Shown one piece after another: positions 50,736 to 63,800 of a DNA stretch of 64,000 nt. A model generated the notes under the pieces. It worked only from the letters and a program-made list of their open reading frames with translations, did not search any database and was not told where the DNA came from. The stretch comes from Mobula hypostoma (lineage: Eukaryota). Within the stretch, counting starts at the first letter, position 1. Every line of letters starts with the position of its first letter. A program made the translations under genes and the position numbers. The stretch spans positions 34,534,001 to 34,598,000 of the forward strand of contig NC_086097.1 of the NCBI RefSeq assembly GCF_963921235.1, given 5' to 3'.

Positions 50736-51822
50736 CTGCTCTCACTCCATCCTCCCGCCACCCCACTAGGAATAGGGTTCCCCTGGTCCTCACCTACCAT
50801 CCCACCAGCCTCCGGGTCCAACATATTATTCTCTGTAACTTCCGCCACCTCCAACGGGATCCCACCACTAAGCACATCTTTCCCTCCCCCCCTCTCTCTG
50901 CATTCCGCAAGGATCGCTCCCTACACAACTCCCTTGTCCATTCGTCCCCCCCATCCCTCCCCACTGATCTCCCTCCTGGCACTTATCCGTGTAAGCGGAA
51001 CAAGTGCTACACATGCCCTTATACTTCCTCCCTTACCACCATTCAGGGCCCCAAACAGTCCTTCCAGGTGAGGCATCACTTCACCTGTGAGTCGACTGGG
51101 GTGATATACTGCGTCCGGTGCTCCCGATGTGGCCTTTTATATATTGGCGAGACCCGACGCAGACTGGGAGACCGCTTTGCTGAACATCTACGCTCTGTCC
51201 GCCAGGGAAAGCAGGATCTCCCAGTGGCCACACATTTTAATTCCACATCCCATTCCCATTCTGACATGTCTGTCCACAGCCTCCTCTACTGTAAAGATGA
51301 AGCCACACTCAGGTTGGAGGAACAACACCTTATATTCCGTCTGGGTAGCCTCCAGCCTGATGGCGTGAACATTGACTTCTCTAACTTCCGCTGGGCCCCG
51401 CCTCCCCCTCGTACCCCATCTGTTACTCATTTTTATGCACACATTCTTTCTCTCACTCTCCTTTTTCTCCCTCTGTCCCTCTGAATATGCCTCTTGCCCA
51501 TCCTCTGGGTCACCCCCCCCCCGTCTTTCTTCCCGGACCTCCTGTCCCATGATCCTCTCGTATCCCCTTCTGCCTATCACCTGTCCAGCTCTCGGCTCTA
51601 TCTCTCCCCCTCCTGTCTTCTCCTATCATTTTGCATCTCCCCCTCCCCCTCCAGCTTTCAAATCCCTTACTCACTCTTCCTTCAGTTAGTCCTGACGAAG
51701 GGTCTCGGCCTGAAACGTCGACTGCGCCTCTTCCTATAGATGCTGCTTGGCCTGCTGCGTTCACCAGCAACTTTGATGTATGTTGCTTGAATTTCCAGCA
51801 TCTGCAGAATTCCTGTTGTTTT
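50736..51822 (+). mobile_element. Young 5'-truncated Penelope-like element (Neptune-type) with uninterrupted GIY-YIG endonuclease ORF
   Basis: PCKRNKCYTC linker, VIYCVRCSRCGLLYIGETRRRLGDRFAEH...VATHFN. Perfect 12-bp TSD CCTTGATTTTAT (50724-50735 / 51823-51834). Confidence 0.93.
51688..51723 (+). ncRNA. Minimal type I hammerhead ribozyme motif (Penelope pLTR)
   Basis: AGTC-CTGACGA-A-GGGT-ctcg-GCCT-GAAA-C-GTC-GACT; predicted cleavage after C51719. Confidence 0.7.
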
Positions 51823-52851
51823 CCTTGATTTTATGTGTCATCATTGACTTCATTTATCTAATACAAGCTTTCACCTCTTTAAGTTAAGTATAACAGAGGC
51901 ATAAGATTGATGTCCTCCTGTTTACCCTCTCTTGTAATGTCTCTAAATCCTCTTGATTGGAGTCAGAGGGTTAAACTGTGTCAGTGTAGCCTCTATAAAT
52001 AAGTCTTAAAAGATTTGATGATCTAATGGATGGTGACTTGATGTTGCGTCATTATGTTCCCTAAAATGGAATGCACCACCTCCTCTGGGTTCCGTTCTGA
52101 GTTTCACAACATTCTACCTTAGAGATATTTGCAGTCCTTTATCTAAATTCTGGATCTCCCTACTCATTAGCTTTGTGGGAGTACATTCATGGAAAGGACT
52201 GCAATAGTTCAAGAAAGTGGCTCACCTCCTTCTCAAGAGCTGTTAAGGGTGGGTGATAAAACCTAGCCTTTCTCGTGAAGCCCACATTCCAAAAAAGTGC
52301 AAATAATTCAAATAAATCAGTGAAACTTTAGGTCCTGATGAATGTATAACACTGTGAAAAGCAGTCTTAGGCACATACATACAGCTAGCGTTCCTAAAAC
52401 TTTTGCACAATACTTCAGTAATTTTATGTATTGCACTATACAGCATATGTTAGTGATGATAAACCTGATTCTGATACGGGTCTCTATTGTGGTCTGAGAG
52501 TGGGGGGTGGGGGGACTGGAAACATGGTTGGAAAAAAGGGAAGAGAGAGTGGAGGGAGTGGGAAGCACCAGTGAGATATTCTGTAATGAACAATGAATCA
52601 ATAGTTTGGAATCAGATGACCTTCTCAGGGCTGGGTGTGTGTTCACCCATGCCCCAATTCCCTACCCCTGGACCTGGCACTCCTTCTCTGCCACCAATCT
52701 CACACACCCCTTGTGGCAATCCAACATTTTTTGCTCCCACCAGATTTACAAATTTGCTCTCCGCTCCACTTTGACAAATACATTACTGTGCAAATGCCTT
52801 AGGCACCCATATATATATATATATAGATAGGTAGATAGATAAAGATAGATA

Positions 52852-53143
52852 TTATAGGCATCCGTTAGTCTCGTGAGACCATGGATTTGCGCCTTGGAAG
52901 GTTTCCATGAGCAGGCCTGGGCAAGGTTGTGTGGAAGACCGGCAGTTGCCCATGCTACAAGTCTCCCCTCTCCACGCCACCAATGTTCTCCAAGGGAGGG
53001 GCACTAGGGCCGATATAGCTTGGCACCGGTGTTGTCGCAGAGCAAAGTGTGGTTAAGTGCCTTGCTCAAGGACACAACACACTGCCTCAGCAACCTTCAG
53101 ATCACTGGACCGACGCCTTAACCACTTGGCCACGCGCCAACAC
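52852..53143 (-). mobile_element. tRNA-derived CORE-type SINE inserted in an (AGAT)n/(AT)n microsatellite
   Basis: Minus-strand head tggccaagtggttaagg and CORE-like tgtccttgagcaaggcacttaacc. 13-bp TSD ATAAAGATAGATA (52839-52851 / 53144-53156). Confidence 0.75.
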
Positions 53144-54188
53144 ATAAAGATAGATAGATAGATATATATATATATATTCAGTTTTTTAAAAGTTCATTTT
53201 TTTCATGGTAATGCCTACCACAAAAGTACTGGAGTATTTTAAAAATCCATCTGATTCATTAATGGTGTTCAGAGAGAAAACTCTGCTATTCTTGCCTGTT
53301 TTGGTAAATATGTAGTTCCTGTCCCACCAATATGGTTGACACTGGAATGTCTGATAAAACCAGGATGAACAACCAATACTAATATTTTTGGTGCTGTCCA
53401 CATCCAATGCGTGCATGTATTAAAAAAGAATAGGAGGACAGATTCCTGATGGGTCAGAGCATGAAGGGATATGGGGAGAAGGCAGGAGATTGGGACAGAG
53501 AGGAAAATTTGATCAGCTGTAATGAAATGGCAGAGCAGCTTCGATGGGCCAAATGGCCTAATTCTGCTCCTATATCTTATGGTCTTATGAACAGGATTTG
53601 AAGTGTAGAATTACACTACTGAGGAGTTAAAACAAGGGGGACTTTTTGTATGTGCAGGCTTGAAAGAAACTTCGATCTTTTCTTACTGCTCTCCGCACTT
53701 CCCCCTTTCCATCAAGGCTTGTAGCAAAATGGAATCAGTTGAAGGTTAGGATTTAGGGTATCACAGTACACAATTCTTGTGTACTCATACAAGTACACAA
53801 AAGGATACTGAAGGCATACTGGGAAGTGAATTGAAAACTACGTGTGCAAAATTTATAGCTACACTGTTCGTGCATTTAAAAAATCTTCTCTGGTGGCCAG
53901 ACCATTTGCAATTTGTTTGCAGATTGATCATCCAAGGCAATGAGGTCAATTCCATAGAGAAATTATCTACAAACACTGGGCAAGTTGTCATCCTAATTGT
54001 TATATGGTCAGGAGGGTAGCCAAAAATATGAAACCAGTACAAGTTTATTGATAAATATTTTAAATTCCTGCTGAGATTTTTGCATGTGTTAAGAACAGAT
54101 ATTGCTTATAGAATTATTTATTTTAAATGGGCTCCATTGTATCTCTGTAAAAATCCAAAGACCTTTCAAAGAAATTTTATTTCTGCAG

Positions 54189-54274
54189 GTGATTAGTAGT
54201 GCCTTGAGAGTCTGGGGTTTAGAGATTACCCTCTTCAACAGCCCAGAATATCAGCGATTAAGGATTGATCCAGT
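54189..54274 (+). CDS. ATXN3: Ataxin-3 coding exon 4
   Basis: VISSALRVWGLEITLFNSPEYQRLRIDP(V), 86 nt, CAG acceptor and GTAAGG donor. Confidence 0.97.
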
Positions 54275-54527
54275 GTAAGGCACATTTTATATATACATAC
54301 GTAAATACAGTGTGTTGTCATTATTTTTATTTAAATTACAATTACTGTTTATGTGGATCTTAATTTTCAGATTTTGGACTTTTTTTCAAATATACTCTTA
54401 ATACAGTCACAAATGAGCAATAGCCATTTTGTTCAGAAATAGGCATTTTGAAAAATTAAATTGATTCTTTCAACAAATTCCTTGTGAAACAGATTAAGGT
54501 CTATCCACGTGTTTGTTGTTTCCACAG

Positions 54528-54594
54528 AATTGAAAGGGCATTTATATGCAACTACAAAGAACATTGGTTTACAGTACGAAAATTAGGAAATCAG
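54528..54594 (+). CDS. ATXN3: Ataxin-3 coding exon 5
   Basis: (V)IERAFICNYKEHWFTVRKLGNQ, 67 nt; contains catalytic His119. Confidence 0.97.
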
Positions 54595-57080
54595 GTAGTT
54601 TACTCTTTAACATTAAAGAATTGGTATGGAATTTTGAATCTCACCTCCATGGTATGAGAGAAATTAAACCATTCCCTTTACCAATTTTTTCCAAGATTTC
54701 CAATGATTGTTTCATCTCTTTTGGGGACAAGAAACTTCTTAAAAATATTCTCTTCAGTATTCTATTAATGCAGCTTGTTAGACTTACTGCACAGTGTCAT
54801 AGTCCCAGTTTCTCCTTTCTCAAGAACCTTAATTAACAAAATGTGAGCTTGTGTTTAAAAAAAAGTTTGTTGTGAAGATGTAGGATGTTAAAATATTGCC
54901 ACAGAATTGCAGTGTTTGTTAAGTGGATTCTGTCTTTTCTGCTAAGCCAAGTTACTCACTCTCTACACATGAATATAGTCCTATCCAAACTGACATGTAT
55001 GCCATTTTAGCACTCTTTAACATAGTCAATCACATAAGCTCTGCACTCCTTTGAAGTCCACCCTGTACTGTTCATCCCAGGTTGTGGCAGGGTTTTGTTC
55101 CTGTCAACTGTCTGTAAGTCAGAAATATGGCAGTGAAACAAGTTCCCAGGTGGCAGAAGATGTGTGCAGACTCATTGCTCTGTCAAATCCATCCCACTGG
55201 GTTCCGAGGTGATTGAATGTATGGGCTGCATATAACCTGGAGAAGACCTGGAGTCCATTAAATATGAAATGAACCAAGCAGTAATGTCACCATTCCCCCA
55301 CCACCCCGAAGCATCTATTATTGGCTCCCTTTTCTTCACCAACACACTGTGGCTTGGTGGCTTTTACTGCTCATACTGGATAAGTCTGTTTGGTGCTATA
55401 GGCACCAGATGTTCCGGTGTACTCCTAGGCCCAGCCCTCCGCTCCCTGGGTACATGAAGACATTTCGTCTAACATCCAATGAGCTGCAGTTTCCCGAGAG
55501 CAATGTAACATGTAATTATAAAGTGTTCTTCTGTGCTGGTTCACAGAGATGTACTTAATAAATATTGAGGCAAATGAGGTCAAAGAGGAGGTTTCCTGAA
55601 AGGACCAAAGCAATTTGTTTTGGTCCACATTCATAAGTTCTGTACCCTTGTCAGAAATTCCATCTCCCTCACAGGCCACTGCTTCAGATTGGACCAAATT
55701 AGCAAATTTGACAGCTAATTGAATTCTGGGCTGATTCGCTGACACCCTTTCTCATAATCAGTACAGACTACTTGCATCGGTCTATCAGTCACTGCAACCC
55801 TCACCCTTATGCCTTGCACCTCCAACCTTAACAAGTCCAGTGCTGTTTTTGCTAACTGAATCCTACACTTTTCATCAGTTACTTCTGCACCACTTGAAAC
55901 TGTATCAGATTTTATCTTCTTTTTAGGCCCATCACCCCTACTGGGGTATAGGCCGCCCACAGCAGCTCACTAGAGTCCTCCGTCCTGGGCTAGTCTTTCA
56001 AGCTTTCCCAAGTGTAGCCCATCTTCTTGGTGTGTCCTTCCTCTCCCTCTATTTTCTGTAGCCCTGGATTTTTATGGGATGGAGTAGCTAGCCCCTGTTT
56101 TCACAGCCGAGCTTGGGAGTGAACATGGTGGAGTTACTGGATTTTATACTCGCCCATTATATCTGACCACATGAACCACCAATTTCCCAATGCTTCACAG
56201 ATGAACTTTCCAACCTGTTGTTTAAGCCCTTTCTTGATCATTCCATCCATCATCTTTTCCTACCACGAGCCGTACATTATTTGCCTTCCATACTTCTATT
56301 GACTATCCTAACTGTATTTGCCCAATGGCAGTTTGGACTACATTTATCCAGATAGTTCAGCCTCAGCTTTTTACATAGATGCCACAGTCTGATATTACCT
56401 ATATAAATTTGCCCACTTCACTGTATTTATTTAAATGTACTTCTTTAAACATACCTCTGACTCTCATTGCCTGAATATTTATTATTTGAATTACTATGAG
56501 CCAGCATGGAATGGTTCTTTTCTGTATTTAAAAAACATCTTATAAATACATGATGCTCAATGTAAGAAAGTCAGACCTTATACAATGAAATAAAGTGTGT
56601 ATTTCTGCAGTTTTCTTTACCTAACTACTCTACCACAGCGCATTCCGCTCCCCCCCCCCCACCCGATCCCTCTCTCAACCTTGTAGGAAATTTGATCCTA
56701 TCCCCAGTGGTGATGTACCAGGTGACAAGAGGGTTGCTTGATTGCAGGTGACAGGGCAACAACATAAAAACTACTGCCCTACCATATTCAGAACTGTCAA
56801 ACTCATTATAATCAGTCAAGATCACTCAGATATATTCAAAAACTATTAAAACCATTGAAAAACAACATCAAATACTAATAAATTAAGTCTAAATTGATTA
56901 AGAATGTTATTGTACTTTGCAGAGTTTACCACCAGATGGCGCAATTTTTTTCCTCTAGATTTATCAAACAATACGGAATAATTTACATCTCCTTTAAAAT
57001 AAGCTAATGAGAAGATTATGCATCTGTCCAATAAATATGCATAGATGTAAAGAATAACCGATGCTTTCTTTTCTGGGCAG

Positions 57081-57168
57081 TGGTTTAACTTGAATTCTTT
57101 ATTGACGGGTCCAGAGTTGATCTCCGACACTTACCTCGCCCTATTCTTGGCTCAGTTACAACAAGAAG
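57081..57168 (+). CDS. ATXN3: Ataxin-3 coding exon 6 (gene continues past window end)
   Basis: WFNLNSLLTGPELISDTYLALFLAQLQQE(G), 88 nt; contains catalytic Asn134. Confidence 0.97.
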
Positions 57169-58369
57169 GTAACCCTTATTCAATATACTTGTAAATTGTT
57201 TTATTATGAATATGTGTAAAGAACTTTGTATATTAGCTTTTGATGCAATGGACTTGGTATATGAAAGTAAGGAGGTCTTGTTGCAGTTGTTCAATGCTTT
57301 GTAAATACCACACATGGAATATTGAAGGCAGCTTAACTCTCATTACTTGAGGAAGGATACTCTTGTCTTTTGAGGTGGTGTATACTTGGTAGACCAGACT
57401 GATCTCTAGGTGAGAAAATTATCTATAAAATAAGTGTGCGGTTTTAGTCTATATAGAATGAAGGAGAATGAGATAAAGAAATCAGGCAAATGAAATACAT
57501 TATCTGAGAAGAATGCAATGTAATCTCTTTGATTCTTAGAGTGATTGATATGATAGATATTAAAATGGTTTCTGAAAAAATCTAGAAATAGGGAATTTAT
57601 ATTCAGAATAAGGAGTTGATTGCTTAAGACATCCCAGCCAGAGATGAAGCATTTCATTCTCCTAGAGGAACGTGGATGCTCTGTGAGTGAGTGCATGCAA
57701 GCTGAGATCAATAGATTACTAAACACTAAGCAAATTAAGAGGCAACTCCGCCATGGACGGTCCCAAGCCCGGCTGCGAAAGGAGGAGGGGTGACCTTGGG
57801 GCTAACAACCCCATCCCGTAAAATTCCAGAACGACAGAATCACCAACAGAAGCTCCAAAGACCTCATCCTGAGAGAGGAAGGATCTTTGAAAATGTGGAC
57901 AACCTGAAAGACTGGCCCAGGACAGAGGACTCTGGTGAGCTGCTGTCAGCAGCAGCAGCCTATGCCTCAATAGGGGTGCTGAGCTTAAATTAAGGGGCAA
58001 GAGAATCACCGGGGAAGTCCATGATCTTTTACAATCCCTGCATTGCTGAACACCAGAGCAGGTTCTAGTGGCCCATTTTTGTTTTTATTAATTCAAGGGA
58101 CACATGCTCTGCATTTGATAACCCATCCATAATTGTCCTTTGAGAAAAAGATAGTGAACTGCTGTTCTTGAGGTGTGGCTATATTCATAATGCTGCTAGT
58201 GGATTTTTATTCTAACTCTGTAACAGTGAAGGAATAGTGACTTACAGTGAGTAATTTCCTAGTCACTAAGGACCCTCAACATTCAGGATATGCCCTCTTA
58301 TTTCTACCGTTGGGAAGGAGGTGCGGGTGCCTGAAGAATCACGCTCAATGATTTAGGGACGACTTCTAA

Positions 58370-61300
58370 GAATCATAGAGTCGTAGAGCACTGCAACACA
58401 GAAACAGACCCTTCAGCCCATCTAGCCCATCCCGAACTTGTCGTCTGCCTAGGCCCATAAACCAGTACCCGGAACAAAGCACTTCATACCCCTCCCATCC
58501 ACGTACCTATCCAAATATCTTTTAAATGTTGCAATCAAATCCTTATCCAATACTTCTGCTTATTCCATACCCTCACCAGCCTCTGAGTGAAGAAGTTCCC
58601 TCTCGTGTTCCATTTAAACTTTTCACCTTTCACCCTTAACCTATGACCTCTAGTTCTAGTCTCACCCAAAAAGCCTGCTTCTACTTACCATTTCTATCCC
58701 CCTCATAATTTTGTTTATAAATATCAAATCTCCCCTCATTCATCTGTACTCTTAAGACAGTGTTTCCCAACCATTTTTAGCCCAACACCTCCCAATGCAC
58801 TTTCATACTTGCCAACACCCCCTAAAGCACCTTCATACTTGCCAGTGCCCCTCTTCAGTTGACTATAATTTCAATATACATATTGTAAAAACACGTCTAC
58901 CATATGCTAACATGAGAAAAATGATTCTGATTTAATTTTTTATTTGTCTTTAAGCTTAGCTTACACACTACCTGTGCACTGTACAGCAGCTTCGATATCA
59001 ATGCAATCATTGAGCTTGATGGTTTTTAGCAAGAGTTGAAATATCTGGTTCAAGTTGTGACGTAGTTCAAGTTGCATAGTCTAGTGTAGCCTTGTGCTGT
59101 CTCACATAGTCTTGTGTAGTTTTGTGTTGTTTCATGTAGCACCAGGGTCCTGGAAGAAGGTTGTTTCATTTTTACTGTGTACTGTACCAGCAGCTTATGG
59201 TTGAAATGATGATAAACTTGACTTGACTTGACTTGACTTGACAGCAAAAGCCTTAAGTCCCCATGTATAACAATGCCCAAGCTGTTTCTGATTTTGTAGC
59301 TATGTGGTTCACTGCAGTGAAGCCGCTTTCAAGGCAGGAGGATGGAAATGCAAGGAAGAGCAGTTTGGCTCTTCTCCAAAGACCAGGAAATTTTGTTTGA
59401 CTGTGTGGCCACATACCACAAAAGCTGACATTTTTGAAAAATATTTTTGCTTCTTCATCATTCTGAACTTTGATCATTTCTTCTTGCAAGCTATCTTCCT
59501 ATTCCTTCACCTTGCAAAGAAATGGGTTAATTACCCAGTCCAGAATTTCCAAATCGCTCAAATCCATGAATCAATTCTAAACATCCTTCTTCAGTGACTG
59601 CAGGTGTAAACAGTACTCTTGCAAATCACTGTCTGTGAAAGAGAGTGCCATACTTGTCATGCAGGGAAGCTGTGAGAACATTCTTCTCCCAATGTTTCTG
59701 CACTTCTTGCCTGGATTAAATTGAAATTATCACCCTGCAATTTCATATTTAGAATGTTCATTTTGTCATACAGGTCGTCTAGGTATGCCACATCACCACA
59801 TAGAAATTCAATCTTGTTTCCCAAGCTCTTGTCGACTTTGAGCAAAAATTAAACCACAGTGTCAAAAAGATCTAAGAAACAGTTTAGGCAGCAGCCTTTT
59901 GACGGCCAACACACTTCAGTGTGAAGAAGCAAACATTCAAACTCTTCATTGTTATCTTGCCATAACTGGCAAAATATTGTGCTATTTAATGGATGCGCTT
60001 TAATTTTGTTGATAGCAGATATTAGAAGAGTTATGCTTGAAAAAAGTCACTGGCTGAGGTTTTTGGCTGCGAGATGTTGACGATAAATTACACAATGGAT
60101 TTCAAACAGACTTGGAATGTCTTTTTGCATAAGTACCAACAAACCAGCATGGTGGCCTGTCATATATGATGCTCCATCTGTTGCACAAGAAATCTTCTTC
60201 CTAATCAGAATAGTTTTATCCTCAATATACATTTTAAGCTTGTTGTAGATTGATTCTCCATTAATATTTGTTTTTAAATTTTTATAAAAGAGAATCTCTT
60301 CATAAACTTTTCCATTTTTGATAAACCGTGCATATGCCATTGGCAGTGCCTCGTTGTCTCGCACAGTTGACTCATCTAGCTGTATCCCAAATTCTGTTTT
60401 TTGTAGCTCTTTGCATTGTTGATACTCAATGTCTTCACTCATTTCGTCAATACAATAAGCTACAGAGTTATTACTCAGAGGAATTAATTTTAAAATATTG
60501 GTATCCATTTTGAGAACAGTGGTGGGCACTTCTGGTACAGCAGGCATCTTTCACCAATTGCATGAGCTTTTCCACACTTTCCTATCATTTTGGAAATGTT
60601 CTAAGAAGCAATGAGACCACTATCGAGGTCATAAATAAAACAAGTGTGCAACACTTTTCAAATGCTTCTTTCGTCTTCTGAAACTGAGTAATACCAGAAG
60701 TAGCCTTTTCAGAGTGTCTTTTACAGAAGTGTTCCTGCCATCTTAATGGTTTCATGACTTTATTAGACAGTACAGTATTACAAATAAGACAGATGGGTGT
60801 CACTGATCTGACAGTAACAGAATAAAACCATACTCCGGGATTGTAACATTGTATTGACGCAGTATCTGTAGTTTCTGTTTCTTAGCAGGATTAGAATTCA
60901 AGGCTTCACCGCCTTCAGACTCATAGAGATCACACTGTACGTAATTATCCTTCATTAATGGGGCTAAATTAAAATTAAAGATTAACACAAACTGGGAATG
61001 CCTATCGGATGTTGATGACAGCAGCGAGTTGACACAGATGGAACAATGGGAGCAGCACGCAAAGGAACAGTGAGGCAAAGATGAAGACGATTATAACAGT
61101 GAAAATTACATTGACAAGGATTCCGATTGGAATCTGAATGTTAGTCGGAATAGAGCTGGTGTTTGGCAAGCTACTTTTATACTATTCCAGTTAGTGTGAG
61201 TGACCAATCACATAAGGCCTCATGATCCCCACAGATGGTTCTTAACTGCACATATGAAGCCAAGGTCGCTTTGGACATCTCGAGGAATCCACGGTGTTGG

Positions 61301-62390
61301 CATGCTCACTGACTGGTTCTATTTCACTGCCTGTGGAACTATGGTTCTTCCTGTGTTCTAGTGCCTCATCCTTTCTTTTTGGAAGTGCCTGTTCTACTCA
61401 TGGTCGGTCAGGTCTCCTACCTCAAGTTAGGATGCTGCTTACTCTCCCCCACCCCCGCCCCCCACCCCTAGGATCTTGAACACCCCCAACAACCTCTATT
61501 TCCCTTAATGCTCCATTAGGACATGTAACCGTCCCTGTTGGGAATAAAGTCCTAGCTTGTTCAACCTTTCCCAGTAACTCAGGTCCTCAAGTCCTGGAAA
61601 CATCCTTGCCTTGTATTTTTTCTGCACTCTTTCAATCTTTTTGACATCTTTCACGTGTTAGTTGAGCAAAAGTGCACACAATACTCCAAATTTGGCTTCT
61701 CCAACGTATTATACTTCAACATAACATCCCAACTCCTGAACTCAATACTTCGATTTACGAAGGCCAATGTGGCAAAAGCTTTCTTTACGAACCTATCTAC
61801 CTGTGACGCCACTTTCAAGGGATTATGAATCTATATTCCCAGATCCCTCTGTTCTGCATTCTTCAGTGCCGTACTGCTGTCCATGTAAGTCCCACCATGG
61901 TTTGTCCTCCCAAAGTGCAATCCCTCACACTTGTCTAAATTAAATTCCAGCTGGTACAGATTCCGTTGCAAGCTTTGATAGTCTTCCTTGCTGTCCTTCA
62001 CACCCTCAATCTTGGTGTTATTGATAAATGTGCTGATCCAGGTTACCCCATTATCATCCAGATGGTTGATATGCTATAGATGACAAACAGCAATGGATCA
62101 GCACCGATCCCTGCGGCACTCCAGAAATCATGGTCCACCAATCAAAGAGGCTGTCATCGATGACCACTCTCTGGCTTCTCCTGCAAAGCCAATGTCTAAT
62201 CTAATTGATTACCTCATCCTGAATGCTGAGCGACTGAACCTTTCCAGTCAAAGGCCTTGCTAAAGTCCATGTAGACGACATCCACTGCCTTGCCTTCATC
62301 AATTTTCCTGGTAGCTTCCTCAAAAAACTCTATAAGATTGGTTAGGCACAAACTACCACGCACAAAGCCTTGTCCACAATCCCTAATTAG
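58370..62390 (-). mobile_element. CR1 LINE split by the hAT insertion
   Basis: 58370-58757 and ~61541-62390 are collinear pieces matching the CR1 at 31015-32070. Confidence 0.8.
58758..61543 (-). mobile_element. hAT (Charlie/Buster-type) DNA transposon with decayed transposase
   Basis: Left TIR CAGTGTTTCCCAACC, right TIR only partial (GTTGGGAA). ORF pieces PICLIC...MKP...H...H, FGIQLDEST, CATDGA, IHCVIYRQHLAAK, and dimerization domain AKLLFLAFPSS..ESGF. Confidence 0.9.
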
Positions 62391-62399
62391 TTCCTCTAT

Positions 62400-63800
62400 T
62401 GCCCTTACAGTGCATATCTACACAGCTATGCAGCGAGTTAAACAACTTCTGAAAAATCATCCAATGTGGAAGCTTTCTTCAGGGTTTTTAATGAGATCTC
62501 TTACTTATGAAAAGATATTGCTGTTTCAAGGGCAAATAAAGAGAAGATGGAGATGAACATCTTTCCACCTTGTGCTTCAAATCAAATCAAAACAAAACTA
62601 ACCCACACAGGAAAAGATGTAAAATACAGTTTACATACAGGCAGTGATGTTCATACAGAATAAACTGTGCCTCTTGAGGCCAGAACACTCTCTGCCTGGC
62701 ATCCAATAGTCAAACTTAACTATTAAACCTAAAAGTCAAGTGATCACTAAGTCTTTAGCAAAAGAAGGATAGTCTCAGGGAATGGTCTTGAAAATAGTGT
62801 CTTTAACCGTCCTCAGTTCAAAAATACCAGCCTTGATGATGTAAACGCGAAGAAATCTGCAGATGCTGGAATTTCAAGCAACACACATAAAAGTTGCTGG
62901 TGAACGCAGCAGGCCAGGCAGCATCTCTAGGAAGAGGTACCGTCGACGTTTCGGGCCGAGACCCTTCATCAGGAGGGTCATATAAGCTGCTGATGGTCAG
63001 TAGCATGCCACCACATACAGAGGGTCTTTTGGTATCAGTGAGCTGGAAAGTAAGGGTGTGGGTAATGATCCTATCCAAGGCCCACACTTTGCTGCATGGC
63101 GGGACGTCCTGGCCAAGATCAAGATTCTGTAGAGCTTTGGCCAGATCTTCAAATGGGAAGAGAGATTCTTTGATTGCCTCTGGAAAGACATAGCATTTGT
63201 TCAGCCTCTGCCTTAGCATTTGTAAACCCTTAGCTGGATTATTAATGTGAATGCCTCTAACCCTTCTTGCATGTTGCAGTGACTCCCCATCAAGCTACTT
63301 ACAAAGAAGGTTGAGCTCTTAGTTAGATTTGAGACTTAGTCCTTCCACAACATTGCAAAAGCTTGACTTTCGGGACAGATAACTGGCAGACTGGTTCTTG
63401 AACACCTTTAGTCATGTTGTGACTGGATCTCGATGAGCAAGATACCAAGACAAATGTAATGCACCTGCAGCTCCTGAATGAGATCACTGTGGAGACTGGC
63501 TTGCCAAATGTGTGTCCTGGGATGGATGTAAGTTCAGTCTGTCCATGTCTGGGCAGTGGGATTGGCATCACTAGCAACTCTTGACTGAGGTCGTGGTTGT
63601 GGTGGGACTGTGGGGGGGTGGTGGGAGGTTGTGGGTCTTTGCTGCTGTTGACCTTGACTGTCAATACCTGGACAATGTGAAAGGCATGTTGGCTCCCTGT
63701 GGTGTGGACAGCTTCTTGTAGAGCTGGACCCTGTCTTTTTATATCCAAAATGTGTTGCGACATATTTAGTAAGATGCATTGGCTGTTGTGTCAGCAAAAC
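62400..63800 (-). mobile_element. Decayed Rex/L2-type LINE 5' portion, with a short Penelope pLTR inserted at ~62843-62973
   Basis: Endonuclease-like remnants in 62818-63219. The nested pLTR carries a minus-strand CTGATGAAGGGTCTCGGCCCGAAACGTC hammerhead core. Confidence 0.6.

Noticed and set aside
57947-57959. (CAG)n as the ATXN3 polyQ tract
   Set aside because: Only ~4 units, intronic and inside a repeat fragment. The polyQ-region exon would lie downstream, outside the window.
59253-61078. Domesticated hAT gene (ZBED8/SCAND3-like)
   Set aside because: Multiple stops and frameshifts, TIR still present, and inserted inside a CR1. It is a decayed transposon.
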